A DNA stretch of 64,000 nt from Minisyncoccota bacterium (GTDB taxonomy: Bacteria > Patescibacteriota > Minisyncoccia > UBA6257 > 2-01-FULL-56-20). The notes under the pieces were generated by a model. That model had not been told where the DNA came from, ran no database searches, and saw only the letters and a list, made by a program, of their open reading frames with translations. This document shows, piece after piece, positions 1 to 9,213 of the stretch (positions are counted from its first letter, which is position 1; every line of letters starts with the position of its first letter). The stretch spans positions 30,250-94,249 of the forward strand of contig DATKNL010000010.1 of the NCBI GenBank assembly GCA_035541435.1, given 5' to 3'. The position numbers and the translations under genes are program-made.

Positions 1-689
1 TTCATCACCTCGCGCTCGACGGCGCCGTCCTTCAGGTAATAGACGCGGTGCGCGTAGGGCAGGAGCTTCGCGTCGTGCGTGACGAGGATGACCGTCTTCT
101 GGTCCTTCATGTTGATCTCCTCGAGCGTGCCCATGACCTGGTCCGACGAGATGCTGTCGAGGTTGCCGACCGGCTCGTCGGCGAACAGGATCTCGGGGTC
201 GTTCACGAGCGACCGCGCGACGGCCACGCGCTGCATCTGTCCGCCCGACAGGTTCGTGCCGAGCTTGTGCGCGTGCTGGTCGACGCCGAACCGCTTGAGG
301 AGCGCCATCGCCTGCTTGTCGCGCTCGCTCTTCGAAAGGCCGGCGAAGATGAGCGGCAGCGCGACGTTGTCGAGCACGGTGAGCGACGGGATGAGGTTGA
401 ACGACTGATAGATGATGCCGACCGTGCTCTGCTGGAACTTCACCATCTGCCGCCAGTCGTACTTATAGGGGTTCTCGCCCTTGATGAGCACCTCGCCCGA
501 CGACGGCGCCAGGATGCCGAGCAGCGAATAGAGCAGCGTCGACTTGCCGCAGCCCGACGGGCCGAACAGGATGATATACTCGCGCGGATAGATCTCGAGG
601 CTTTCGCCGCGGAGGGCGTAATATTCGTTCGCCTTCCCCTCGTTATAGACGATCTTTAAATTGTTGACGCGGATGATGGGCTCGATCAT
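1..689 (-). CDS. ABC transporter ATP-binding protein (LolD/MacB-type), runs off the window edge
   Basis: Hand translation from ATG 689 gives MIEPIIRVNNLKIVYN...GPSGCGKST (Walker A), LSGGQMQRVAVARSL (signature) and ILFADEPVGNLD (Walker B/D-loop). Not in the ORF track because it is truncated. Confidence 0.93.
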   Translation of the reverse strand, partial: MIEPIIRVNNLKIVYNEGKANEYYALRGESLEIYPREYIILFGPSGCGKSTLLYSLLGILAPSSGEVLIKGENPYKYDWRQMVKFQQSTVGIIYQSFNLIPSLTVLDNVALPLIFAGLSKSERDKQAMALLKRFGVDQHAHKLGTNLSGGQMQRVAVARSLVNDPEILFADEPVGNLDSISSDQVMGTLEEINMKDQKTVILVTHDAKLLPYAHRVYYLKDGAVEREVM

Positions 690-693
690 GGCA

Positions 694-2172
694 TTATTTC
701 TTCTTGCCGCCGGCGGCGTTCAGCCAGCCGAACGTCCCTTGGAAGTTGTCGAGGATGATGTCGACGATGCTCTTCTGCTGCTCGGGCGTGAGGAGCACGA
801 AATCCTCGGAGCTCGTCGTGTTGCCGTCGACGTCGGTGCAGGTCACCCAGTACTTATAGACGGTCGCCGGCGCGAAGTTCGTGATCACGCTCACGTGCTT
901 CGTGAGCGGCGCGCTTTCGGGCGACGACGTCACGCTGCCCGCATCCTTCTTCACGACGCCCTCGATATAGGACAGGTAGCAGGTCGCCGGGACGTCGGTC
1001 ATCCACGAGACGACCGTCTGCACGGTCGTGTCCTGGCCGGGATAGAGCGTCGAGTCGTTGTTCACCTGCGAGATGACCGGCGGGAAGATGTTCTTCGTCG
1101 TCACGAAATAGATCGGGTCGCTCACCACGCGGTCGCCCGCCTGGTTCTCGGCCGTCACGACCGCGGAATAGCGCGTCTGGAAGGTGAGGTTCGTGAGCTG
1201 CAGGATGTGCGTCACGAGGAAGGACGGGTCGCCGGTCGAGAGCGCCTTGCGGTTCGCCATGTTGGTATAGGTCACCGTTCCGGCCGACGGCACCGGCGTC
1301 CCCCAGCTGATCGTCGCCTCGTGCTCGCCGACCTTCACGACGTGCGGGTTGATGATCTGCGGCAGGACCGACTTCGTCGTGAACGTAAGGTCGCCGCTCT
1401 CGCCCGCCGATCCGATCGGGCCCTTCGAGGCCACCTTGTAATGGTATTGCGTCGCGGGCGACAGGCCATAGAGCGTAACCGTATGCGTCTTCGTGCTCGC
1501 GTTCGGGTCCTGCTCCTCGCGGGCATAGGGATTCGACGCAGCGGAATTGTACTCCGCCGCCGAAGCGACGAAGACCTCGCCGTCGGCATCCTGGTCGGTC
1601 GTCCAGCTCACCGTCGCCTGGTCCGTCTGGATGTCGATCTGCGGATTGCCGAGGATCTCGGGCGGCCCGATCTCCTTTTCGGCCTGCGCGTTCAGGGCCT
1701 GGGCGACCGTCTGGAGCGCCGTCGGGCTCGTGATCTGCTGGATCGCCGCGATGCTCTTCTCAGCGAGCTGCTGCTGCTGCGGATTCGTGATCTTCGAAAG
1801 GTCGACCGTGCTCGAGGTCGTGAACGTATAGTCGCCCGATACCTGCTGGTTGCCATCGGCGTCGGTCGAGCGGATGCGATAGAAATAGGTCGTCGCCGGA
1901 TCGAGGCCGAGCACCGTGATGGAGTGCGTCTTCGCGGGCGGCTCCTCGTTGCGGATGCCGCAATAGTTCGTGTCGAGGCTCACGTCGATGTCGCTGTCGG
2001 TCTTCGTGTTCGTCGTCCAGGTGATGACGCTCGACGTCGGCGTGAGCTCGGTCACGGCGACGTCCGAGACCGTCGGCGCCGCCGTCTGCGCGAACGCGCG
2101 CCCGATCGCGTGCGCCGCGACAAGGAGCGCCCCCACGAGGATCATAAGGCCGGCAACACGACGAGCACGCAT
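694..2172 (-). CDS. Secreted protein with about four fibronectin type III / purple-acid-phosphatase-N-like repeats
   Basis: Signal peptide MRARRVAGLMILVGALLVAAHA. Repeated ITWTTN...HSITVLGLDPATTYFYRIRS...DYTFTT units. Start moved to 2172, which has TACAAT 7 nt upstream. Confidence 0.8.
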   Translation of the reverse strand: MRARRVAGLMILVGALLVAAHAIGRAFAQTAAPTVSDVAVTELTPTSSVITWTTNTKTDSDIDVSLDTNYCGIRNEEPPAKTHSITVLGLDPATTYFYRIRSTDADGNQQVSGDYTFTTSSTVDLSKITNPQQQQLAEKSIAAIQQITSPTALQTVAQALNAQAEKEIGPPEILGNPQIDIQTDQATVSWTTDQDADGEVFVASAAEYNSAASNPYAREEQDPNASTKTHTVTLYGLSPATQYHYKVASKGPIGSAGESGDLTFTTKSVLPQIINPHVVKVGEHEATISWGTPVPSAGTVTYTNMANRKALSTGDPSFLVTHILQLTNLTFQTRYSAVVTAENQAGDRVVSDPIYFVTTKNIFPPVISQVNNDSTLYPGQDTTVQTVVSWMTDVPATCYLSYIEGVVKKDAGSVTSSPESAPLTKHVSVITNFAPATVYKYWVTCTDVDGNTTSSEDFVLLTPEQQKSIVDIILDNFQGTFGWLNAAGGKKK

Positions 2173-2194
2173 TATCCCTATTGTATCACGCACC

Positions 2195-4789
2195 CTAGGG
2201 CCACGGCAGCGAATTGACCACGCCGACGAACGAGTTGCCGCCGGTATAGGTGGTCGCCATCTGTCCCGACGGGATCGCGATCCCCCAATAGAACGCGGAC
2301 GTCTGCGCGACCGCGGTCGACGTCGGCTTCGGCAGGTTGATCGCGACGGTCGATCCGGGATTCGCAAGGAGCGTCGTGCCCGACGCGTACGGGACCGACG
2401 CCGTCGCGAAGTGCTGCTGCCCGACGGGGATGCTGAACGAGCCGCTCGTCATGTTCGTGCCATAGACGCGCACGTTCATCGACGTGTTGCCGGTCGCCTT
2501 GATGGTCGCCGTCGCGGTGAGCGTTGACATGCTCTGCCCGGTGATGAAGCTTCCGTAATTGATCGTCGACGTGGTCTCGAAGGCGAGGAGCGAAAGGAGC
2601 GGTACGCCGCTCGACGTCGCCACGGCCCCGGTTCCCACCGTGTCCGTCGCGTCGATGAGCGTGCTCCACGAATCGCCCGCCCACGGCGTCCCCGAATCGG
2701 TCGGCTGCGCGAAGTACCAGAGCGGATAGTCGCACTCGACCGTGCACGAGTTGCCGGCGCACGAGTCGATCGCGCAGTTCGATCCGCTGCCGACGTAGCA
2801 GTTGTTGTTGTCAGCCGCACAGTTCGGACCGAGGCTCGTGCGATAGGCGACGCCGGTGATCGAATAGATGTCGGCCGAACCGTTCGAGTCGGTCACCGTG
2901 CCGGTCGCGACGATGGTGGTCGTCGTCCCCTCGATGAGCGTGATGCTCGCGCCATGGTTCAGCGACACGTTCGTGACGGTCGGCGCCGCGTCGACCTGGG
3001 TCTCGACGACGTTCGTATAGGAATCGAGCAGGCTCCCGTCTCCCTTCACGACCCTGAAACAGAAGGTCTGTCCGGCCGACCCGCTGTTGTTGATCAGCGA
3101 AAAGTCCCACTTGCCGTCCTGGTTCGCGAAGATCTTCGCGGTGTCGTTCGAGAACGGGTTCTGCTCTATATAGGTCTCATTGTCGATGACATTCGTGCCG
3201 TCCGTCGGATCCTGGGCGTTCGCGGTGAGCGCCGCGCCGTTCGCCGGCGTCGGGTTGTTATAAAAGCTGACCGCGCTCGAGGTCGCCGTCCCCACGTCGG
3301 CATAGGTCTCGCCCGAGAATCCCGTGTCGCACCCGCCCGCCGTGCTCGTCGCATATTGCAGCTTGAACGACTGGCCGCTGATGTCGATGCCGGTGCCGGC
3401 GACCGAGACGAGCACGCGCAGGCGGAACGGCTTGCCGGCAAGCGGGACGAGCGAGGTCGCGTTCTGCGTATCGAACGGCGTCCCGACCTGAGTGCCGTCG
3501 AGGTCCTGAAAGACGCGGTAGCCGGCCTCGGTGAACGTGTTCGGCGTGAAGACCGTGATCGTCGTGCCGTTCAGCGAATCGGCGTTCACGTCGACCCAGG
3601 TCGCATAGAGGCGGTACTGCGACATGCCGTCGATGCGGGCGCCATAGATGTTCGTCGTCGTCTGGTTGACCGGACCCTGCCGCGCTCCCCACGCGCTCAT
3701 GCTGGTGCTCGTCGAGATCTTGTAATAGACGTTCGCGGTGTTCGCCGTGCCGGGCGTCGTGCGGCCGCTATAGACGACGTAGACGTTCCCCGTGTTGAGG
3801 TCCAGGCCGATCTTCGCGCCGGTGAGGCCGAGCGTCGAACTCGTCTCGACGTCGGAGTCGCGCGTCCACGTGCTCGACGCCGGCGAATAGGTCCAGGTGC
3901 GGATCGCGCCCGTTCCCGCCGAGAGCGTCGCGACGTTGCAGGCCGACGCCATATAGATGAAGTTCGTCGAGTGGTTGACGGCCGTGCCGAAATGGCCGTC
4001 ATAGGTCGTATTCGGCGGGCAGTTGCTGTCGATCGTCGCCCAGCCGGCATCCCAGGTCGACGAGGCCACGTGCCACACCTTCGATTCGAGCAGGTTGCTC
4101 GCGATCACGAACCGGATGTTGAGGATGTTGCCGCTCGGCAGCGGGTTCAGGATCATCCAGTCGTTCGCGTTCGTCCCCCACGTGGTCGACGTTCCGACCT
4201 CGAGCCAGGTGCTTGTCGTCGTGCAGTTCGTCGAGCACGAGAGCACGTACGAATCCGCGGAGTTATAGACGCCCGCATACAGCCGCCCGTTCGTCCCCTC
4301 GGTCAGGGCGTCGACGGTCGCGCCGGCCGTGAAGGTTCCTCCTTGGGAAGCCGCCGAGATGTCGACAATCGATGTCAGCGTGTCGTTCGAGGTGTCGAGC
4401 CGGTCATACCAGAGGTCGTCGTTGCGGCTGTCGATCGTCGCGATGTGGACATAGGTGCCGGTCGAGTTGCCCGGCGTCCACCGGTCATACCAGACGGCGA
4501 CGCGGATGCAGGTCGTGTTCGGACCGACCGCCACCGCCGCGCTCCAGGTCGTGCCGCCGTCGGTCGTCTTCGAATAGACGCAGTTGTTCGACGAGTCGCG
4601 ATAAAAGGCATAGCCCGTCGAGCTCGTCGTGAAGACGTTCGTGAACGCCGTGCCGTTGTTCGAGTTGCTGTTCGTCGTGACGGCCGAGTCGATGACCGTC
4701 GAGGTCACCGCCCGCGCTCCATGCGGCAGGAACAGGCACAACGCACCGGCGAAGGCGGCGGCAAGGGCGATGAGGGTCGGTCGTCTCAT
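2195..4789 (-). CDS. Large secreted adhesin-like protein (Asp-box/beta-propeller-like N-terminus, pilin/WxL-like C-terminal domain)
   Basis: Signal peptide ending ARA, Asp-box-like SKTTDGGTTW, Thr/Ser/Cys-rich beta domains, C-terminus TYTGGNSFVGV, no TM anchor. Confidence 0.7.
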   Translation of the reverse strand: MRRPTLIALAAAFAGALCLFLPHGARAVTSTVIDSAVTTNSNSNNGTAFTNVFTTSSTGYAFYRDSSNNCVYSKTTDGGTTWSAAVAVGPNTTCIRVAVWYDRWTPGNSTGTYVHIATIDSRNDDLWYDRLDTSNDTLTSIVDISAASQGGTFTAGATVDALTEGTNGRLYAGVYNSADSYVLSCSTNCTTTSTWLEVGTSTTWGTNANDWMILNPLPSGNILNIRFVIASNLLESKVWHVASSTWDAGWATIDSNCPPNTTYDGHFGTAVNHSTNFIYMASACNVATLSAGTGAIRTWTYSPASSTWTRDSDVETSSTLGLTGAKIGLDLNTGNVYVVYSGRTTPGTANTANVYYKISTSTSMSAWGARQGPVNQTTTNIYGARIDGMSQYRLYATWVDVNADSLNGTTITVFTPNTFTEAGYRVFQDLDGTQVGTPFDTQNATSLVPLAGKPFRLRVLVSVAGTGIDISGQSFKLQYATSTAGGCDTGFSGETYADVGTATSSAVSFYNNPTPANGAALTANAQDPTDGTNVIDNETYIEQNPFSNDTAKIFANQDGKWDFSLINNSGSAGQTFCFRVVKGDGSLLDSYTNVVETQVDAAPTVTNVSLNHGASITLIEGTTTTIVATGTVTDSNGSADIYSITGVAYRTSLGPNCAADNNNCYVGSGSNCAIDSCAGNSCTVECDYPLWYFAQPTDSGTPWAGDSWSTLIDATDTVGTGAVATSSGVPLLSLLAFETTSTINYGSFITGQSMSTLTATATIKATGNTSMNVRVYGTNMTSGSFSIPVGQQHFATASVPYASGTTLLANPGSTVAINLPKPTSTAVAQTSAFYWGIAIPSGQMATTYTGGNSFVGVVNSLPWP

Positions 4790-4846
4790 GATGAAGAAAG
4801 CCGAACGGGTCCGGTTTCTTCAATTATATCCCACGTTCGCGCACCC

Positions 4847-6772
4847 TTATTGCACAACGAGGTTCAGCTGGCACCCCGTCGAGCGGAGCGATGCGTCGTC
4901 CTGGCGTTCGCGATAGATGACGAGCAGGCTGTATGATCCGCGCGCCGCCCGCGCCGACGCCGAAAGCGTCGCCGTCACGGTGCTTGTCGCGTCGGTCACG
5001 GGGCCGGGCACAAGGGACGACGACACGCCGGGCGGAAGCGATCCGAGCCGCACGCTGTAGAGCGGATGCTGATAGCCGTTCGGCAGGGACGGCGCGGACG
5101 CGCCGGGCTTCACCGTCGTGGACGGCGTCGTGAGCCCCGAAAAGAGCTCGATGGCATAGCTCGCGCTCGTGCCGCGCGCGACCGTCTGCGAGAACGGCGC
5201 GGCGACGCACTGCTGGTGCGCCCCCTGCTGGAAGACGTCGGCCTGCGGGATGGCGGGCTGCTGCAGGATGTCCTGCGGCGGAATGTCGGTGGCGGTCGTG
5301 TCCGGCTGCCCCGTCGCATCCGGCGATGACGCGGCGGTGTCGGCCGCAACCGACCCGTCGGCCGCCGACGATTGATCGGCGGGCGGCGTGATCGTCGTCG
5401 TCCCTTCGGGCGTGTCGACATAGGAAACCTCGACGCCGGCCGCATCAAGATAGACCTTCGGCGCGTCGGACGTGCCAAGCCCCACGAACGCGACCTGCAG
5501 GTGCGCGAGCTCGTCCCACGACGAGATCGGGATCGGATAGCGTCCCGACTGCCAGTTGTCGTCGTGGATGTTCACGAGGGGCTGCCAGGTCGTGCCATCC
5601 GTCGAATAGACGAGGCCGAGGAAGTCGCCCGGCGTGCTCGACGGCAGGATGATGTTCTGGAATACCGACGTGTTCACGGTGATGGGCGCGGGCGGCGTCG
5701 CGGTCGTCGGAACCCCTTCGGTCGTCGTCGCCATGAGCGCCGTCGACGAATCGGCCACGGCGGCGGCGCTCGTCGCATCGGCGTACGCCTTTTGGGGCAT
5801 CAGTTCGAAAAGCCACGACGTTGGCGACGAAGGTGGCGGCGGGGTTGCGTCGGGCGCAGGCGTAGCGGGCGCGGGTGTCGGCACCGGCGTCGGTTCGGGC
5901 GATGGCAAGGGCGTCGGCTCCGGTGCGGGCGCAGGCGGAGGAGGCGTTTCCGAAGATGATGACGACACGGTATCCGACGATGGTGCGATCAAAGGAGCAG
6001 ATGCATCGGTGGACGAAGCGGTGCCGCCATCGGACGCGGGCGCCGCAGGCGAAGGCGAGGTCGACGTCGCACCGTCGGATGGCGCAGGGACCGTCGACGT
6101 GGCCGCCGTCGACGAAGCCGCATCGTCGGTGCTCGAAGCCGCCGTCACGTCGGACGTCGAAACCGGTGCCGCCGAAGCGCCACCGCCCCCTCCTCCGCTC
6201 GCGGGCGCGGCCTGGGGCAGGTCGACATACCACGAGAGCACGAGCGTGGCGGATTGGAAGTTCTTTCCCGCGAGGTCGCTGATCGGGACGTCACCCGAAA
6301 AGTTGCCGCAGAACATCTGCTGCGTCCCGGTCGAAAAGACGGCCGAATTGAGCCCGGTGAACGACGAGCCGGGCGATCCCGCGGCGACCTCGGGCCTGCC
6401 GAGCGCATTCTGCACGTTGTCCCAGCTGCCAAGGCACGATGACGGATAGAAATCGACGGTCGTCGCGAATCCCACGAGCAGGAACCGCACGAAAAGCCCC
6501 AATATGAAAACGGCGGCGAACGCGATGAGCGGCCGGCGGTACGTCACGGCGAACTTCTTCGCCGCGCGGCGGCTCACCTCGAACTCGACATGCAGGATCA
6601 GCTCACGGAGCATCACGGTCTTCGGCGCCGCACCGGTCCTGATGTCGATAAGGTGCGAGTCGGGACGGCGGCCGCGCTTGCGGCGCGAGAGCGCGAGCGC
6701 GCGGTCCCGAAGCGTCCGCACGCGGGCCGCAAGGCGTTCCTTCACCCGGGCGATCCGTTCCCGCATGGTCAC
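4847..6772 (-). CDS. Membrane-anchored Pro/Thr/Ser-rich surface protein
   Basis: Basic cytoplasmic N-terminus, TM helix LIAFAAVFILGLFVRFLLVGF, long low-complexity linker, C-terminal Ig-like domain. Confidence 0.7.
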   Translation of the reverse strand: MTMRERIARVKERLAARVRTLRDRALALSRRKRGRRPDSHLIDIRTGAAPKTVMLRELILHVEFEVSRRAAKKFAVTYRRPLIAFAAVFILGLFVRFLLVGFATTVDFYPSSCLGSWDNVQNALGRPEVAAGSPGSSFTGLNSAVFSTGTQQMFCGNFSGDVPISDLAGKNFQSATLVLSWYVDLPQAAPASGGGGGGASAAPVSTSDVTAASSTDDAASSTAATSTVPAPSDGATSTSPSPAAPASDGGTASSTDASAPLIAPSSDTVSSSSSETPPPPAPAPEPTPLPSPEPTPVPTPAPATPAPDATPPPPSSPTSWLFELMPQKAYADATSAAAVADSSTALMATTTEGVPTTATPPAPITVNTSVFQNIILPSSTPGDFLGLVYSTDGTTWQPLVNIHDDNWQSGRYPIPISSWDELAHLQVAFVGLGTSDAPKVYLDAAGVEVSYVDTPEGTTTITPPADQSSAADGSVAADTAASSPDATGQPDTTATDIPPQDILQQPAIPQADVFQQGAHQQCVAAPFSQTVARGTSASYAIELFSGLTTPSTTVKPGASAPSLPNGYQHPLYSVRLGSLPPGVSSSLVPGPVTDATSTVTATLSASARAARGSYSLLVIYRERQDDASLRSTGCQLNLVVQ

Positions 6773-8601
6773 TCCGAGGCAAGCGCCTTATCGACGTCGT
6801 CGATCTCTTTCTGGATGGTCGTTTCGGAAATCGCGAGCGCGTTGCGCATGGTGTCGAGCACGCGTTCGGGTTCGAGCCGCTGCTCGCCCTGCGCCTGAAG
6901 CGCCCCGCCCTCCATGTGGCTAATCTGGTCGTCGACTTCCTCGCGGAGCGTCTCGAAGACCACCCGGGTCTTCACGCGCGCTTCGGCGTTCTCGCGTTTC
7001 GCCAGCGCGACCTGGATGTCGAGGATCTTCTTCTTATAGAAGCCGAAGGTCACGAGGCCGCTGATCACGGCGACGAGGAGCACGATGAGCGCCCAGCCGA
7101 AGCGGTCGAGGAACGGCGCGGGAATCACGTCCATGAACGCCTTGGCGGTCGTGCTCGCGAACGCGCCCTGCGTGGTGACCATCGAGACGACGAGCGTGTA
7201 CTTGCCGGTCGAGAGGCCGCTCTCGACGGCATAGAGCCAGTGGCCGGTCTCGTCGGCGGTCATCTTGCCCTCGCTCATCACCTTGCCCGTGCCGTCGTTC
7301 ACGTCGACGGTCACGTTCGAGCCGCTATCGGCGACGCCCTCGAGGACGATCGGCGATTTCTCGATGACGGCCGCGGGGAAGTTCGTGATCTCAGGCTGGG
7401 AGACGCCCGATATGTCGAACTCGGCGTCGGCTTCGGTGCTGTTGCCCGCCTTGTCGACCGCGAGGACCGCGACCGTGTGCTTGCCCGGCAGGAGCGGCGC
7501 CGCGGTATAGGCGCCGTTCTTCACGTCGGACAGGGCGACCGTCGTCGAGGCCGTCCCATCGAACACCACGAGGTAATGATCGATGCCCGAAACCGTGTCA
7601 GTCGCATTGAAGAGCAGGACGGTGCGTCCGGAGATGCCGGCACCGGGCTGCGCGGTCACCGTAAAGGGCTGCGGCGGCGTCACGTCGATCTGCACCTGCA
7701 TGGTGACCGGGTCGCTCCAGTTGCCCAGAGCGTCCTCGAACCGGACATGGAAATAGGACAGGCCCTCGGCGACGTTCGAATACTGCTTCGACGAGATGAG
7801 GCCCTGCGATGTCCGCTTCGGATAGGTCGACGGGTTCGTGTCGAGCACCGCGTTCACGCCGGCGATGTCGGGGGTGAGCTGCCAGGTGAAGTTCGGATTC
7901 GCGCTCGCGTACCACTTCGTGGGATCAGGATGCGTAGGAGATGCGATCGTTACGCTCGGCGTGAAGCCGGAAGGAGCCGCGCCGCCCGCCGATCCGTCGC
8001 CGCCCGAGGAGCCGGCCGCAGCTCCAGACGAGCCGCCGCCGCCCGATGAACCGCCGGAGCCGCCGGACGAACCCTTCGACGATCCCGACGATGAACCGGC
8101 GCCGGCCGATCCGCTCACCGTGAACGATCCCTTCGTCGTTCCCGAAAGCACGTTCGTTCCCTGTCCGTCCGCCGCAAGCGCGTCAGCCGACGCGAACGCC
8201 AGATCGGTCGATCCCGCCTTGAGCGCCTTGAAGGTCACGTCGCAGATGTCGCCCGCGCTGCCGGTATAGGCTTCGGTACTGCCGCCGCTGAACGAAACCG
8301 ATCCGTCGGTGTTCGAAAACGACGGGTCCTTCACCCACAGGTTGAAGACCGAATTCCCCTTTGAAATGCTCTGCACCGCGAGCACGGTCGGGTCGAACGT
8401 CAGCTTGCCGTCCGCGGCGTTCACCCCGATGCCGCCGCCGCTGTCGAGCATGATGCTCACGGTGAACGTGCCGCCGACCGCATAGGTCCCGCTGGACGGC
8501 GTGACCGACATCGCGGCCGCGCCCGCGCCGAAGCTGCCCGCCGGGAAGGCGAGCGTCACAAGGCCGAACGCGGCAAGGGCGATGACGAGGCTATTTTTCA
8601 T
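6769..8601 (-). CDS. Cohesin-domain protein with Ig-like domains, C-terminal TM helix and cytoplasmic helical tail
   Basis: Signal peptide MKNSLVIALAAF. Cohesin-like SVTPSSGTYAVGGTFTVSIML...NAADGKLTFDP...FSGG...VTFKALKAG...ADGQGTNV. Gly/Ser linker. TM WALIVLLVAVISGLVTFGFY. Confidence 0.8.
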   Translation of the reverse strand: MKNSLVIALAAFGLVTLAFPAGSFGAGAAAMSVTPSSGTYAVGGTFTVSIMLDSGGGIGVNAADGKLTFDPTVLAVQSISKGNSVFNLWVKDPSFSNTDGSVSFSGGSTEAYTGSAGDICDVTFKALKAGSTDLAFASADALAADGQGTNVLSGTTKGSFTVSGSAGAGSSSGSSKGSSGGSGGSSGGGGSSGAAAGSSGGDGSAGGAAPSGFTPSVTIASPTHPDPTKWYASANPNFTWQLTPDIAGVNAVLDTNPSTYPKRTSQGLISSKQYSNVAEGLSYFHVRFEDALGNWSDPVTMQVQIDVTPPQPFTVTAQPGAGISGRTVLLFNATDTVSGIDHYLVVFDGTASTTVALSDVKNGAYTAAPLLPGKHTVAVLAVDKAGNSTEADAEFDISGVSQPEITNFPAAVIEKSPIVLEGVADSGSNVTVDVNDGTGKVMSEGKMTADETGHWLYAVESGLSTGKYTLVVSMVTTQGAFASTTAKAFMDVIPAPFLDRFGWALIVLLVAVISGLVTFGFYKKKILDIQVALAKRENAEARVKTRVVFETLREEVDDQISHMEGGALQAQGEQRLEPERVLDTMRNALAISETTIQKEIDDVDKALASE

Positions 8602-9184
8602 CCAGGGCTTTGACCGCCAGCTTTTTGCCGGCGCCGGGCTTCTTCGACGGCAGCACGACGACAAGCACGCCCTTCTCGGAAACGGCGCTCGCCTCGCTCG
8701 GATCGAACGCGGCGGGGAGATAGACTTTGCGATACAGGGTCCGCCATTTGATTTCCTGCTTGGCATAACGGCCCTTCTCGTCGTTGCCCTCGGGGGCGCC
8801 CGGGATGGGCGGGAGCGTCGGGCGCTTCTGCGTCACCTGGACGGTGACCGTGTTCGCCTCCTCGTCGATCACGAGATCGACGTCCTCTTTCGCGACGCCG
8901 CCGATCTGAAAGAAAAGCACCATGCGCGCATCGGATTGGAAGAGGTCGACATCGAGCGGCTCGGCGCCTTCGGGAAGCTGCTCCTTCGGCGGCTCCTGGG
9001 ATGCGGCCTGCGCGGCCGCGGCGTTCGCGTTCGCGGCGGCAGCCGGTGCGCCCGCGGGTGCGGGGACGGCGACGCGCTCGCCGGTTCCCTTGAACGAGAC
9101 GCTTTTCGCCGGCGCCTGCGCGGGTTCCGGCGGCGCGTCAACCTCGTTCAGCCTGCTCGACAGTTTTTGATAGAACGAAAGCAT
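8591..9184 (-). CDS. Hsp20/alpha-crystallin family small heat shock protein
   Basis: PLDVDLFQ...GVAKEDVDLVI...QEIKWRTLYRKVYLPAAFD...KGVLVVVLP, with C-terminal KKLAV (IxI-like). Confidence 0.85.
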   Translation of the reverse strand: MLSFYQKLSSRLNEVDAPPEPAQAPAKSVSFKGTGERVAVPAPAGAPAAAANANAAAAQAASQEPPKEQLPEGAEPLDVDLFQSDARMVLFFQIGGVAKEDVDLVIDEEANTVTVQVTQKRPTLPPIPGAPEGNDEKGRYAKQEIKWRTLYRKVYLPAAFDPSEASAVSEKGVLVVVLPSKKPGAGKKLAVKALDEK

Positions 9185-9213
9185 ACCCGTGATACCTTAA
9201 GTATATCAGATCG

